The notes beneath the pieces were generated by a model. It ran no database searches and was not told the DNA's origin. It worked only from the letters and a program-made list of their open reading frames with translations. Shown one piece after another: positions 20,113 to 28,881 of a DNA stretch of 64,000 nucleotides (positions are counted from its first letter, which is position 1; every line of letters starts with the position of its first letter). A program made the position numbers and the translations under genes. Source of the stretch: Escherichia coli phage AZ21; sequence record LC788708.1; one strand, 5' to 3'.

Positions 20113-20409
20113 TTATCGGCCTACTGGAGAAGCACGATCTAACTCTGATTGGAGGCTAGTCACACGACGGACTTTCTCGACAGGAATAAAACGGAAGCTA
20201 TCATTAGTACGAGAGAAGACAAGGATCTCATCATCTTTCGCTTTACGAATACGTTCACGTTTAATACGCTCAGCCAGATATTTATCCTGGGCTGGATCAA
20301 ATTCCATCGTACCCTGAAGGTACGTGGTTCCTTTCTGACGAAGTTTCTCGTAATGAAGATAAAACTCACCAAATTTTTCACATTGTGCGATAATTTCAGC
20401 TTTGGTCAT
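20113..20409 (-). CDS. Hypothetical protein
   Basis: 98-aa ORF, basic/acidic mix, no recognisable motif. Confidence 0.5.
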   Translation of the reverse strand: MTKAEIIAQCEKFGEFYLHYEKLRQKGTTYLQGTMEFDPAQDKYLAERIKRERIRKAKDDEILVFSRTNDSFRFIPVEKVRRVTSLQSELDRASPVGR

Positions 20410-20445
20410 AACTGTGTTCCTTTTGTTGGTGGATTTATCTAAAAA

Positions 20446-20856
20446 TTACTTAGTGATAGCTCGGATTGCTTCTGCCAGATGAGCAGCCGCTTTACCGGTC
20501 AGTTTGTCGATAATTGCATCATCCAGAAAATCTGGTGCTAGGCCAGCATCAGAGAATGCTGAACGAAGGTCGGCATGAGCTTGGGCTTTAGAAGTACGAG
20601 AGCCTCCAGAAGCTTTTTCTCCAGTAGATGCGCTAGATTTAGAAGCAGAGCCAGCAGCTTTCTTGATATACAAACCTGCTTTAGTCAGCTTCATACGAAA
20701 ACCGTTCGGAGTTACACCATTTTCCTGGGCAATTTCGCTAACAATTTCCATGCTAACACCCGGACGTTCATCCTCTGGGAATTGCTCCATACGAGCAACG
20801 TATTCGGAAGACATTTTTTCGAACAGTTCATCAGTCCACTGAGTTGGAGTAGTCAT
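20446..20856 (-). CDS. Hypothetical protein, possible DNA-binding (module similar to the 16953..17720 product)
   Basis: 136 aa; segment SMEIVSEIAQENGVTPNGFRMKLTKAGLY resembles repeat modules of the D5-position protein; own promoter at about 20895-20925. Confidence 0.45.
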   Translation of the reverse strand: MTTPTQWTDELFEKMSSEYVARMEQFPEDERPGVSMEIVSEIAQENGVTPNGFRMKLTKAGLYIKKAAGSASKSSASTGEKASGGSRTSKAQAHADLRSAFSDAGLAPDFLDDAIIDKLTGKAAAHLAEAIRAITK

Positions 20857-20959
20857 ATTTTATATTTCCTTAATTAAGAATTAAACAGAATAGTTCTTTC
20901 AAACTATGAGAATATTATATCAAGAATTATAGGATTAAGCAACTGAAATTTTTCAGTAG

Positions 20960-21235
20960 TTACTCCACCAGGCCAACAGCAAGCATATCATCAATGCTGG
21001 CAATCTCCCAATCGTCGGCAATAGCTTCGCATACTGTTAACGTGGCAACCTCACTATAGGGATAATTACCAGCTACCCAGGTATGTTGGGTAGCTACATC
21101 TGAGTCAGCGTCTAAAGTTAGTAACACTAAGCCATTATTGTCATTATCCCAGCTTCTACGATATAGAGTTTTTACTTCCCCATCTTTAAGCAAATCTGTT
21201 AGTTTACTCACGGCGTTTTCCTTTTTCTTTATCAA
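20960..21235 (-). CDS. Hypothetical protein
   Basis: 91-aa acidic ORF. Confidence 0.45.
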   Translation of the reverse strand: MIKKKENAVSKLTDLLKDGEVKTLYRRSWDNDNNGLVLLTLDADSDVATQHTWVAGNYPYSEVATLTVCEAIADDWEIASIDDMLAVGLVE

Positions 21236-21908
21236 GTTTCAGGGCAGCCTTAACAGCTTCGTTAATCAACGTAATAATTTCTTCACGAGTCCATTTATAT
21301 CCTAGAGATTTTACATCAACCCCTAGCTTTTCCAGGTGTTTAATAGAAGCTAGCTCGTAATTCATATAATGAACGTTCTGTTGTTTGCCTTCTGATAGAA
21401 GCCATACACGGTAACAACCAACAGGATTATCCATTGCTTTTTTGATTTCACCGATACACTGGTATCCAGGAACCCAAACAAGCTCACCAACTGCAAATTC
21501 TTCTGCTACAGCATCATCAGGAATAATCGGAGGATTCAATGGATCTACAATATCATTCAAACGAAGTAGAGCACCGTATCGTTCCAGAACAGATTTAACC
21601 ATTGCTACAGAGCGATAATTACGATCGGCAATTTCTTCAAAAGAATCACCAGATAAATACTGCTCAATAACGTTAGCTAACTCGATGCCTTCAATAAGTG
21701 TGCCACGTTTCTTTTTCTTCATTTCGGCAACTTGAATTTGGCGATCTTGCCATTCTTCAATCATCCTTTCCATAGTTGGATTGGAGGATACGCCGAGCAT
21801 TTCACATGCTGCTTTCTTAGTACCACCGTTCTCCAGATGCTCTATAACCTTTTTAAAGACTTCATCCGGGATTTCATGGATATGTTTCTTTCTACGAGAA
21901 CCAGCCAT
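21204..21908 (-). CDS. Putative helix-turn-helix DNA-binding protein
   Basis: 234 aa; two HTH-like segments (GGTKKAACEMLGVSSNPTMERMI and FEEIADRNYRSVAMVKSVLERY); promoter box at 21915-21945. Confidence 0.5.
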   Translation of the reverse strand: MAGSRRKKHIHEIPDEVFKKVIEHLENGGTKKAACEMLGVSSNPTMERMIEEWQDRQIQVAEMKKKKRGTLIEGIELANVIEQYLSGDSFEEIADRNYRSVAMVKSVLERYGALLRLNDIVDPLNPPIIPDDAVAEEFAVGELVWVPGYQCIGEIKKAMDNPVGCYRVWLLSEGKQQNVHYMNYELASIKHLEKLGVDVKSLGYKWTREEIITLINEAVKAALKLDKEKGKRRE

Positions 21909-21976
21909 ATTTAAACTCCTCTCTCAAATTTATGAATCTATTATACAGAAATTTTTTGAACTATGCAAATAAATTT

Positions 21977-22219
21977 TTACGATTCCTTGAGCAAAGAAGC
22001 AAGTTCAGCATAGACTTTATCTAACTCAAAGCCGATGCGAAGAGACACGTTTGTTTTCCGTTGTTTAAGTAACCACTCGGATATGTTAGGGATGCCAGCT
22101 AATCTATGTGGTACCACCCTACATAGCTTTTCCGAAGTGTCGTAAACAGGAACTTTACGTTCTTTTACTGGAAACTTCCTTGTTTCCCATTTTTTATTCT
22201 TCACTGTCATTTCTAGCAC
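21977..22219 (-). CDS. Hypothetical protein
   Basis: 80-aa basic ORF. Confidence 0.4.
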   Translation of the reverse strand: MLEMTVKNKKWETRKFPVKERKVPVYDTSEKLCRVVPHRLAGIPNISEWLLKQRKTNVSLRIGFELDKVYAELASLLKES

Positions 22220-25061
22220 CTAGCTCTGCCATTGCTTCATCATGCATATGTTTCTCCTCATCAGTCATAAACTTATATGGGATTGGCATACACTCGATTT
22301 TACAATAGGTTCTGTACCAGTCTACAATATTCTCCGTGTTCATATCCTTACCAATACCCATCATACCAAGATACATTCTTGCATATTTTGGGTTAGCACT
22401 CTGACCTGTTTTAAGGAAGAAATCTTTCTTCTTACCTTTCAGAGCTTCTATGAATGGTTTGATAGTGACATTTGAACACTTCTTAATATCTTCCCAGAAC
22501 ATCTCGTGCATTTTATGGAAGAATGCCGCTCGATCATTCGGTTTATCCTTGATATATTGTTCAACATGCTCAACTGTTACATCTTTAATAGACTCAAGAT
22601 GATAATAGCGTACAAGAAGTAGTTTAGCTTCATACGCATCTGCATGGCGTGGAGCACAATAATCAGGAGTTGAATACAAAATAGCTTTGATTCGCTCTTC
22701 CGTATATTCTTTTCCTGCACCTTCGATAGTTCCCCAGCTTTCACTAAAAATATCAATAGTTGCACCCTGATCAAGCAAGTAGTAACGTAAAGTACTAGTA
22801 TAGTTCCTAGATTCCAGCTCTCTTCGACGTGCGTATAATTGCTGTGCTAACTCCAGCCAACCTTCATCAATGTTATATTGTTCAGAACCTGCGGAGAATC
22901 CACTTGTAGATTTATCAATAAAATAATAAATGTTCTGAGCACCACGGTCGCGCCTGATTGCTTGGAAACGCATGTTTGGCGCCTGGTTGCTAGTTCTAGT
23001 AATAACGAATACGTTATCAAAGTAGTTGAAGTCAACACCACTCGTTACGGATGGACTACATAATAAGCAATCAATTTGTTGATCAATTAGCTCGTTAGTT
23101 GTGTAATCCAGGATACGTCGAATATCTACATCAGACGTAGAGTTTGAATGGATTTCCTTAACTAACGCACCAGTATTACGACGCAATGCCATGCCCTTCT
23201 CATTCAGTTCATCAGGGCCACAATCAGATACCAGAATAGATTTCTCCCCCATCTCTAGAGAAGTCTGAAGTGCAACCCAAATACTGGATTCGTCAGGGAA
23301 CTCATAAGCATGAGCTTTTGACAGCATCTTACGGTGATGATTATAAAATGCAACCGGTTTATCAAACTCAATCAAAGAACCATATGCTTCAATTGTTTCT
23401 GCACTAATATCCCCATCAGATAATATAATTATTTTTGCAGTTGCAAGAATATCCCGAAGAACTTGAATGCATTCACGACGTTGTTTAACAACCGGAGCGA
23501 ATAATAGGTCATTCATTACAGCATCACATTCATCGATAAAGATTGCATCAATTTGACCAATAAAACTCTTGAACTTATGCAAAGAGTGAATAGTTGTGGA
23601 CATACGGTCAATAGCACCACGCTTAAAATTAAGCATATCTACAGACTTATCATATTGTCCTGCACTAAATTTCTTAGCATTTGAAGATACCAGCGCTCTA
23701 GTATTGGTAATTGCTAAGAAATTACCTTTAATAACTCCTGAATCTAACCAACGTACAACCGCCGTAGTTTTACCTGTACCTAGACTTGCTTTTACAAAAG
23801 TCATATAACCTTCTGGTGGTACAGTATTTAATTTCAAGAAGTTATCAGTTTCTAGAGAATTAGTTTCTAACTTTTTAAGTGGAATACCTTTTAAAACATC
23901 AGGTATATCGCGTTTAGAATTATTAACAAACGCTTTCAGAGCCTGTTTACGACCGTTATTAAAGTAATCTTGAATATTACGACTATTATCTTTAGTTGCA
24001 ATATACTCTGATAAGGCTGGACGGATTTCTTTTTCTAGCCATGCAAAGTCAACACCATCCTCTAAAGCTCTATGATAGAGTTTAGGTATGATACGTAGAT
24101 ACACTCCATCCTCAGCTTCTTCTAGTTCGCTGATAGTTTCCTCTACTTTATCAGAGGCAGCTTTTTTACCTTTAATTTGATCTAGTAAAGAGTAAAACTC
24201 CTCCTTAAACTCACCTCTAGTTGTTTCATAATCAACCAGATTATTGGGTAAGTTTACCTTAGAACCCTTAACAAATACCAGACGTGAAGCACCCTCCGCT
24301 TTAAACGGATCTACTATACCATCGGTAAATAACGGATCTGCAAAATAATGAAGCTGTACGGAAGAGTAATAAGCTAAGTCGGCAATATCAAAGCCATACT
24401 TTTGTCTACTACTTTCGTTGATAGATGTAAATAAGAATTTTATTTGACCCTGAGTTACTTTAACATTAGATTCTAGTATTAAGTGCATTCGGATACCTGG
24501 TTTTAGCCCAGCCGAAGACGATGCATGAGCGATAAACCCTGCATCAAGAGGAAACATATCCTCACTAATACTATTTAACATTCTAATAATATGTCGAGCC
24601 ATGCCAACAAGATCAAACTTGTTACAACCACCTGTATCTACAATACCATCCACATCCATTGCAATTATATGACTTGGATTAGATACATTAAAGTTGCCCT
24701 TCTTACGCCGCACATTATTTTTAGGTGCGAGACATCGACCTCGTACCGCAACAATATGAGGGTCAGACGTTAAACGTCTCATAAGGGGAAGCATTTCTAC
24801 TAGGGTTTGAGGATCAACTTCATCAATTACATCAAACTTGAAGGGCATTGAAGCTGGTTTACCTTCAGGATGCTTTGAGGAAAATCTTTTAGCAAAAAGA
24901 TAGTCTTCTGCTTTAACTTCTCGCCAAATGCCTGTGGCTAAATCGCGATGAAATCCTGCATGACCTTGTAGGATTGAGAACACAACAATACTCCTGTGTT
25001 GGAAATGAAATAAGTTTTCTTTAGGACTATTCAGAAAGAATAGAACAACTGTTACTGTCAA
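22194..25061 (-). CDS. Large P-loop NTPase / helicase-like protein (putative replication origin-binding helicase); true start may be the internal ATG near 24848
   Basis: Walker A SLGTGKTTAV, Walker B FIDECDAV; N-terminal 71 residues of the longest ORF look non-protein-like; preceded by about 400 nt ORF-free leader. Confidence 0.6.
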   Translation of the reverse strand: MTVTVVLFFLNSPKENLFHFQHRSIVVFSILQGHAGFHRDLATGIWREVKAEDYLFAKRFSSKHPEGKPASMPFKFDVIDEVDPQTLVEMLPLMRRLTSDPHIVAVRGRCLAPKNNVRRKKGNFNVSNPSHIIAMDVDGIVDTGGCNKFDLVGMARHIIRMLNSISEDMFPLDAGFIAHASSSAGLKPGIRMHLILESNVKVTQGQIKFLFTSINESSRQKYGFDIADLAYYSSVQLHYFADPLFTDGIVDPFKAEGASRLVFVKGSKVNLPNNLVDYETTRGEFKEEFYSLLDQIKGKKAASDKVEETISELEEAEDGVYLRIIPKLYHRALEDGVDFAWLEKEIRPALSEYIATKDNSRNIQDYFNNGRKQALKAFVNNSKRDIPDVLKGIPLKKLETNSLETDNFLKLNTVPPEGYMTFVKASLGTGKTTAVVRWLDSGVIKGNFLAITNTRALVSSNAKKFSAGQYDKSVDMLNFKRGAIDRMSTTIHSLHKFKSFIGQIDAIFIDECDAVMNDLLFAPVVKQRRECIQVLRDILATAKIIILSDGDISAETIEAYGSLIEFDKPVAFYNHHRKMLSKAHAYEFPDESSIWVALQTSLEMGEKSILVSDCGPDELNEKGMALRRNTGALVKEIHSNSTSDVDIRRILDYTTNELIDQQIDCLLCSPSVTSGVDFNYFDNVFVITRTSNQAPNMRFQAIRRDRGAQNIYYFIDKSTSGFSAGSEQYNIDEGWLELAQQLYARRRELESRNYTSTLRYYLLDQGATIDIFSESWGTIEGAGKEYTEERIKAILYSTPDYCAPRHADAYEAKLLLVRYYHLESIKDVTVEHVEQYIKDKPNDRAAFFHKMHEMFWEDIKKCSNVTIKPFIEALKGKKKDFFLKTGQSANPKYARMYLGMMGIGKDMNTENIVDWYRTYCKIECMPIPYKFMTDEEKHMHDEAMAELGARNDSEE

Positions 25062-25550
25062 TTTCTCAACAAATTAATTGCAAATACTGAAGGGGGGTGG
25101 CAACTTCCCCTTTCACGCTACACTGCCGCTTCACTATACCGCACAAATCCTTGAGGATGGCCGCTAAGCCAGATTTGCTCACCTAATGCTTCATGTACTA
25201 GCTCATACTAGATGCAGTATACCTTACGTCATCACTTCTCAGAGTTTTTCACTCTTCCCGTCTCACTTCACAACCACCTCACGCTAGGTTGCTTCGAGGC
25301 CTTACCAGGGTTCCTACGGGATGTAGATCGCTAAGTATTCTATTAACTATTTGTTTAAAAACTAACACGTAACAGTTAAAACAACCCTTAATGGGGCAGC
25401 CTAACTGTTCCGTATCGCGGATTGTAAACAAGAAAAATTAGCAAAATCAATTTTTACTAATGTCTCTCAATTCAATATAAATATTATATCAAGATTTTGG
25501 GCATCCTGCAAGTAAAATTTTCCGGATGGTGCTATCATTGGTCTTGAGTA

Positions 25551-25580
25551 CGATAAAACCGAGCCAAAATGACTCGGTTA
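25551..25580 (-). terminator. Hairpin terminator
   Basis: Minus-strand reading aaccgagtcattttggctcggtt followed by ttatcg. Confidence 0.45.
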
Positions 25581-25586
25581 TGTGGA

Positions 25587-25784
25587 TTAGACACTTAAAA
25601 TACTTCTAATCTCTTCTATATACTTATCTACTTTTTTAGCATCTACTTTACTTAGTTTTCCTATATCAAAATCAGGATCAGTAAACATTCTAGCTATTTC
25701 TATCTCTAGAGACTTACTAATTTTCCCTGTAGTATTCCACTTAGAAATCTTACCTTTTATTTTCCAAAATTCCTTATTCATCAT
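25587..25784 (-). CDS. Hypothetical small protein
   Basis: 65-aa ORF. Confidence 0.4.
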   Translation of the reverse strand: MMNKEFWKIKGKISKWNTTGKISKSLEIEIARMFTDPDFDIGKLSKVDAKKVDKYIEEIRSILSV

Positions 25785-25854
25785 TTAATCCCGGAACATA
25801 AATCCCAACACGGTTTAATTGTTCTTTAGCTTCTTTGAGAATATCTGTAGTGTA

Positions 25855-26166
25855 CTACCAAATATCATCTTCCACCTGTAAAAGATGGGGCGAACAACCA
25901 TCATCCGGCACACGACATATGGCCAACCCACGTGGATGGAATATAGAGAAGTTTAGGGCAACAATCAAGCCCATAGCAGACAATTCATTCCAATCCAATT
26001 CCCATTCCCCTGCATATCCAGACAGGAAAACGCCAATGCAGGGATCATCTATTTGCTGCTCTGGAAAAGTGAAGGAGGCTTGTCTTACCCCCAACCAACG
26101 TTGTAGCAGCTTCTCAGCACGTTCCACTAAACTAGGGTCAATCTATCGCCAAAATACTCGTTCCAT
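25855..26166 (-). pseudogene. Amber-interrupted paralogue of the adjacent 142-aa gene
   Basis: RBS aaggagg then ATG GAA CGA GTA TTT TGG CGA TAG, continuing in frame as IDPSLVERAEKLLQRW...; downstream part aligns with residues ~30-100 of the 26176..26604 product (shared DDPCIG, MGLIVALN-type motifs). Confidence 0.5.
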
Positions 26167-26175
26167 TCTGCCTCC

Positions 26176-26604
26176 TTAAGCAGTTAAACCTGGGATGATA
26201 TACCCGAAACGTCGAAGTTTCTGAATCTCCTCATTTACTTCTTCCGGTGAGTAAGACCAACCGTAACGTTCATTAACCTGAAAACCAGGAGATTCACTAG
26301 TCTTATAGTTAACAACGAGGCGATGCTTAGCAGGCATAAACAGCTTATAGTTTAATGCAAAAACTAAGCCCATTTCATCTAACTCTTTCCAGCCAACAAT
26401 TTCTTCAAGACCCTCCTCTACCTGAACAATTAAACCAATACAGGGGGCCTCATCAATATCATCTTTAAAAGCAAAGGAGATTTCGTTATTTTCACACCAT
26501 ATTTTCAAGGAGTTAATAGCTTCATTATACAGGCTAGCTGGGAGAGTACGCCAAAAGTTAACCAAAATTGGGTTAGCTTCTTTAGAGAATACATTATTGA
26601 ACAT
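26176..26604 (-). CDS. Hypothetical protein (intact member of tandem paralogue pair)
   Basis: 142-aa ORF; paralogous to the interrupted copy downstream. Confidence 0.5.
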   Translation of the reverse strand: MFNNVFSKEANPILVNFWRTLPASLYNEAINSLKIWCENNEISFAFKDDIDEAPCIGLIVQVEEGLEEIVGWKELDEMGLVFALNYKLFMPAKHRLVVNYKTSESPGFQVNERYGWSYSPEEVNEEIQKLRRFGYIIPGLTA

Positions 26605-26606
26605 AT

Positions 26607-27113
26607 TTACACCTTAAATTGTTGTAAGGATTTACACATTTCAAGATCTGGGCTAAATTCTAGCATATAGCTAACAGCCATTAAATCTTGAAGATTTATC
26701 CCAGTCCTACCGTTGACTATAACTGTTGGATACTGATACATCATAGCACCAGCATCATCTAGCACACACCAATGTTTGAGCTTATGCTTTTCAACGAAGC
26801 GAAGAACAGAATTACCTCTAGATAGCCCACTCCCAGTAAAATCCGTTGTACCAAGAAAACGATCGATAAGGCCTAATCCGGTCATAATCTGAACGTTCTC
26901 CATCTCATTTTTGACAGAGAACCAAGATGATACTCCAACAATCATTATCGGAGAAGGACGAATAAAGTCCTGAAAAGCCTTGAGAAGCGGTTTGAAAACC
27001 CAGTCACTTCCAAAGAAAATCTTTTCATTATCAGGTGCATGATGGTGGGAGATGCTCGAATTGAGCACCCCATCAATATCTAGAAAAATAATTGGAGTAT
27101 TACTTATTTCCAT
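26607..27113 (-). CDS. HAD-superfamily phosphatase-like protein
   Basis: N-terminal IIFLDIDGVLN (HAD motif I DxDG) and C-terminal VLDDAG-type motif. Confidence 0.6.
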   Translation of the reverse strand: MEISNTPIIFLDIDGVLNSSISHHHAPDNEKIFFGSDWVFKPLLKAFQDFIRPSPIMIVGVSSWFSVKNEMENVQIMTGLGLIDRFLGTTDFTGSGLSRGNSVLRFVEKHKLKHWCVLDDAGAMMYQYPTVIVNGRTGINLQDLMAVSYMLEFSPDLEMCKSLQQFKV

Positions 27114-27309
27114 TTTTGTTCCTTTCTAAGAACGTATCATACTCAACCGTATCAACATATATAACACCATAGTCATCGGATTTATAGTCCATCTCCCACA
27201 GCTCACAGCGATAGCACCAACTACCATCTGCCCATACAAATATATCATCGGGATGTGTATAAACAGATTTAACTATGGACATATCTATTTCCCTTGCTTC
27301 TCGACACAT
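27100..27309 (-). CDS. Hypothetical protein
   Basis: 69-aa ORF overlapping neighbours at both ends. Confidence 0.4.
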   Translation of the reverse strand: MCREAREIDMSIVKSVYTHPDDIFVWADGSWCYRCELWEMDYKSDDYGVIYVDTVEYDTFLERNKNGNK

Positions 27310-28105
27310 AAGGTCTACCCTCTAAATGAGCTTCTACACGAGCAATAAAATCAGGGTCACTAAAAGCATCTACCGCACCTTTACTCCAGTAAGGGATACC
27401 GCGTTCTTCCAACTGGTACATCTCACTACGAGTCATACCTTGATAGCCAGGTTCTGCTGCGAGGGCACTATCATAGTAGTTAACAACCATAAGTTTCGCA
27501 GCAGTCAAATTAAGAACAGGAAATAATTCCCAGTAGAAGTTAATTACTTGGTTAGAGCAACCAACCACAATGATCATATCTTGACTGGTAATACCATCAA
27601 AAACATTATACATTTCTGCGTATGCAGGAGCACACTCCCCAAAGAAGATTACATTAGGTTTAACCCATTTATAATCATCTGGATCAATAGAATTGTATCC
27701 TACATCAATAATCCGTTTATTGCTACTATTGTAGCTATCAGCTACAACAACCTCTTTTAAATATCCGTGAATGTGCAGAATGTCACTATGTGGAACGCCA
27801 GCACGCTCAATAAGGTCATCAACGTTGGTAGTCAAGTTTACTACTTGACCTGGATATTGTTTATACCATTCACCAATACGCAAATGCGCAAGATTGGGTT
27901 CAACAGTTTTTAGCTCTTCACGACGCTTGTTGTAAAACATATGGGTTTTATGATAAAAATTACTACGAAAGGCATGAATATTACATACTTCTTCTAGATC
28001 ATAATCATCCCACAATGCTTTACCACTAGCAGTATCAGTACGGAAGGCTCGTACACCACTTTCAACACTCAAACCTGCACCACTAATAATAATTAATCTA
28101 CGCAT
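27269..28105 (-). CDS. Sir2 (sirtuin)-like NAD-binding protein
   Basis: GAGLSVESGVRAFR (sirtuin GAGxSxxSGIPxFR), TTNVDDL, HIHG (catalytic His), IFFGE, VVGCS; no zinc-ribbon cysteines seen. Confidence 0.65.
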   Translation of the reverse strand: MRRLIIISGAGLSVESGVRAFRTDTASGKALWDDYDLEEVCNIHAFRSNFYHKTHMFYNKRREELKTVEPNLAHLRIGEWYKQYPGQVVNLTTNVDDLIERAGVPHSDILHIHGYLKEVVVADSYNSSNKRIIDVGYNSIDPDDYKWVKPNVIFFGECAPAYAEMYNVFDGITSQDMIIVVGCSNQVINFYWELFPVLNLTAAKLMVVNYYDSALAAEPGYQGMTRSEMYQLEERGIPYWSKGAVDAFSDPDFIARVEAHLEGRPYVSRSKGNRYVHS

Positions 28106-28319
28106 TTTTCACCTGTTCTCTGAAGTTTTGCCCAATACTGTCTAATAGCTCAGCTAATTCTTTATTGCCTTTCCCCATTAAGGTATTAGCAATAACTTCT
28201 AGCATAGTAGCGCAGGATTCAACACCATCCTTATAGCCAGTTTCCCAGCGCTGCATTAATGCGTTTTCCAAAACAGCGTTTAAACCCTTATCTGGTAGCA
28301 TCGGCTTCGAGAATGCCAT
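28098..28319 (-). CDS. Hypothetical protein
   Basis: 73-aa ORF. Confidence 0.4.
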   Translation of the reverse strand: MAFSKPMLPDKGLNAVLENALMQRWETGYKDGVESCATMLEVIANTLMGKGNKELAELLDSIGQNFREQVKNA

Positions 28320-28491
28320 AAAGTTTCTCCTCTAGTTCCATGATACGACTTTCATAAGAGGCACGCAACTTTTCAATTGCCAGAGCACGCACTGTAATCT
28401 CATTAGAATTAATAGCTAATTGGGCCAGATCTTCTGTTTCCATACGTCCGTTGTAAATTAAGCGATATTTAAGATGTTTTACGTTTTTCAT
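28288..28491 (-). CDS. Hypothetical protein
   Basis: 67-aa ORF. Confidence 0.4.
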   Translation of the reverse strand: MKNVKHLKYRLIYNGRMETEDLAQLAINSNEITVRALAIEKLRASYESRIMELEEKLYGILEADATR

Positions 28492-28500
28492 TCTTGTTCC

Positions 28501-28782
28501 TTAGTTCTGTACTGTAAACTCATTCTTATCACAGTGAGCATAATAATACCCATACATACGATAAATTTTCACAGCCTTAGTAGACCCCTTCGATTCTTCA
28601 TAATCAATCCAGAGCCACTTGTCTTTACCTACATAATGTACCCGAAACTTCTTAACTTTCTTATCATTCCATGTTGCAACAACACGACGATAATCAAATC
28701 CTCCCAACCAATCTAGAGCCTTACGTTCTTCGCTAGGCTCTCCAAAATGGGAGACATCTACTTTAGGAAGCAACTCGCTCAT
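28501..28782 (-). CDS. Hypothetical protein
   Basis: 93-aa ORF; promoter box copy at 28785-28815. Confidence 0.45.
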   Translation of the reverse strand: MSELLPKVDVSHFGEPSEERKALDWLGGFDYRRVVATWNDKKVKKFRVHYVGKDKWLWIDYEESKGSTKAVKIYRMYGYYYAHCDKNEFTVQN

Positions 28783-28881
28783 AGCTTTCTCCTCTCAAAT
28801 TTATAAATCTATTATATATAAATTTTTGGCTGAAAGCAAATAAAATAAAAGCCAGGTCGACTAGCAACCCGGCTGATTAGC

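Noticed and set aside
22242-22475. Small plus-strand ORFs within 22108..23063
   Set aside because: All lie antisense within the 955-aa helicase-like gene.
25835-26179. 114-aa plus-strand ORF
   Set aside because: Overlaps the minus-strand paralogue/pseudogene; the surrounding genes are all minus-strand and the minus-strand frame has homology to the neighbouring gene.
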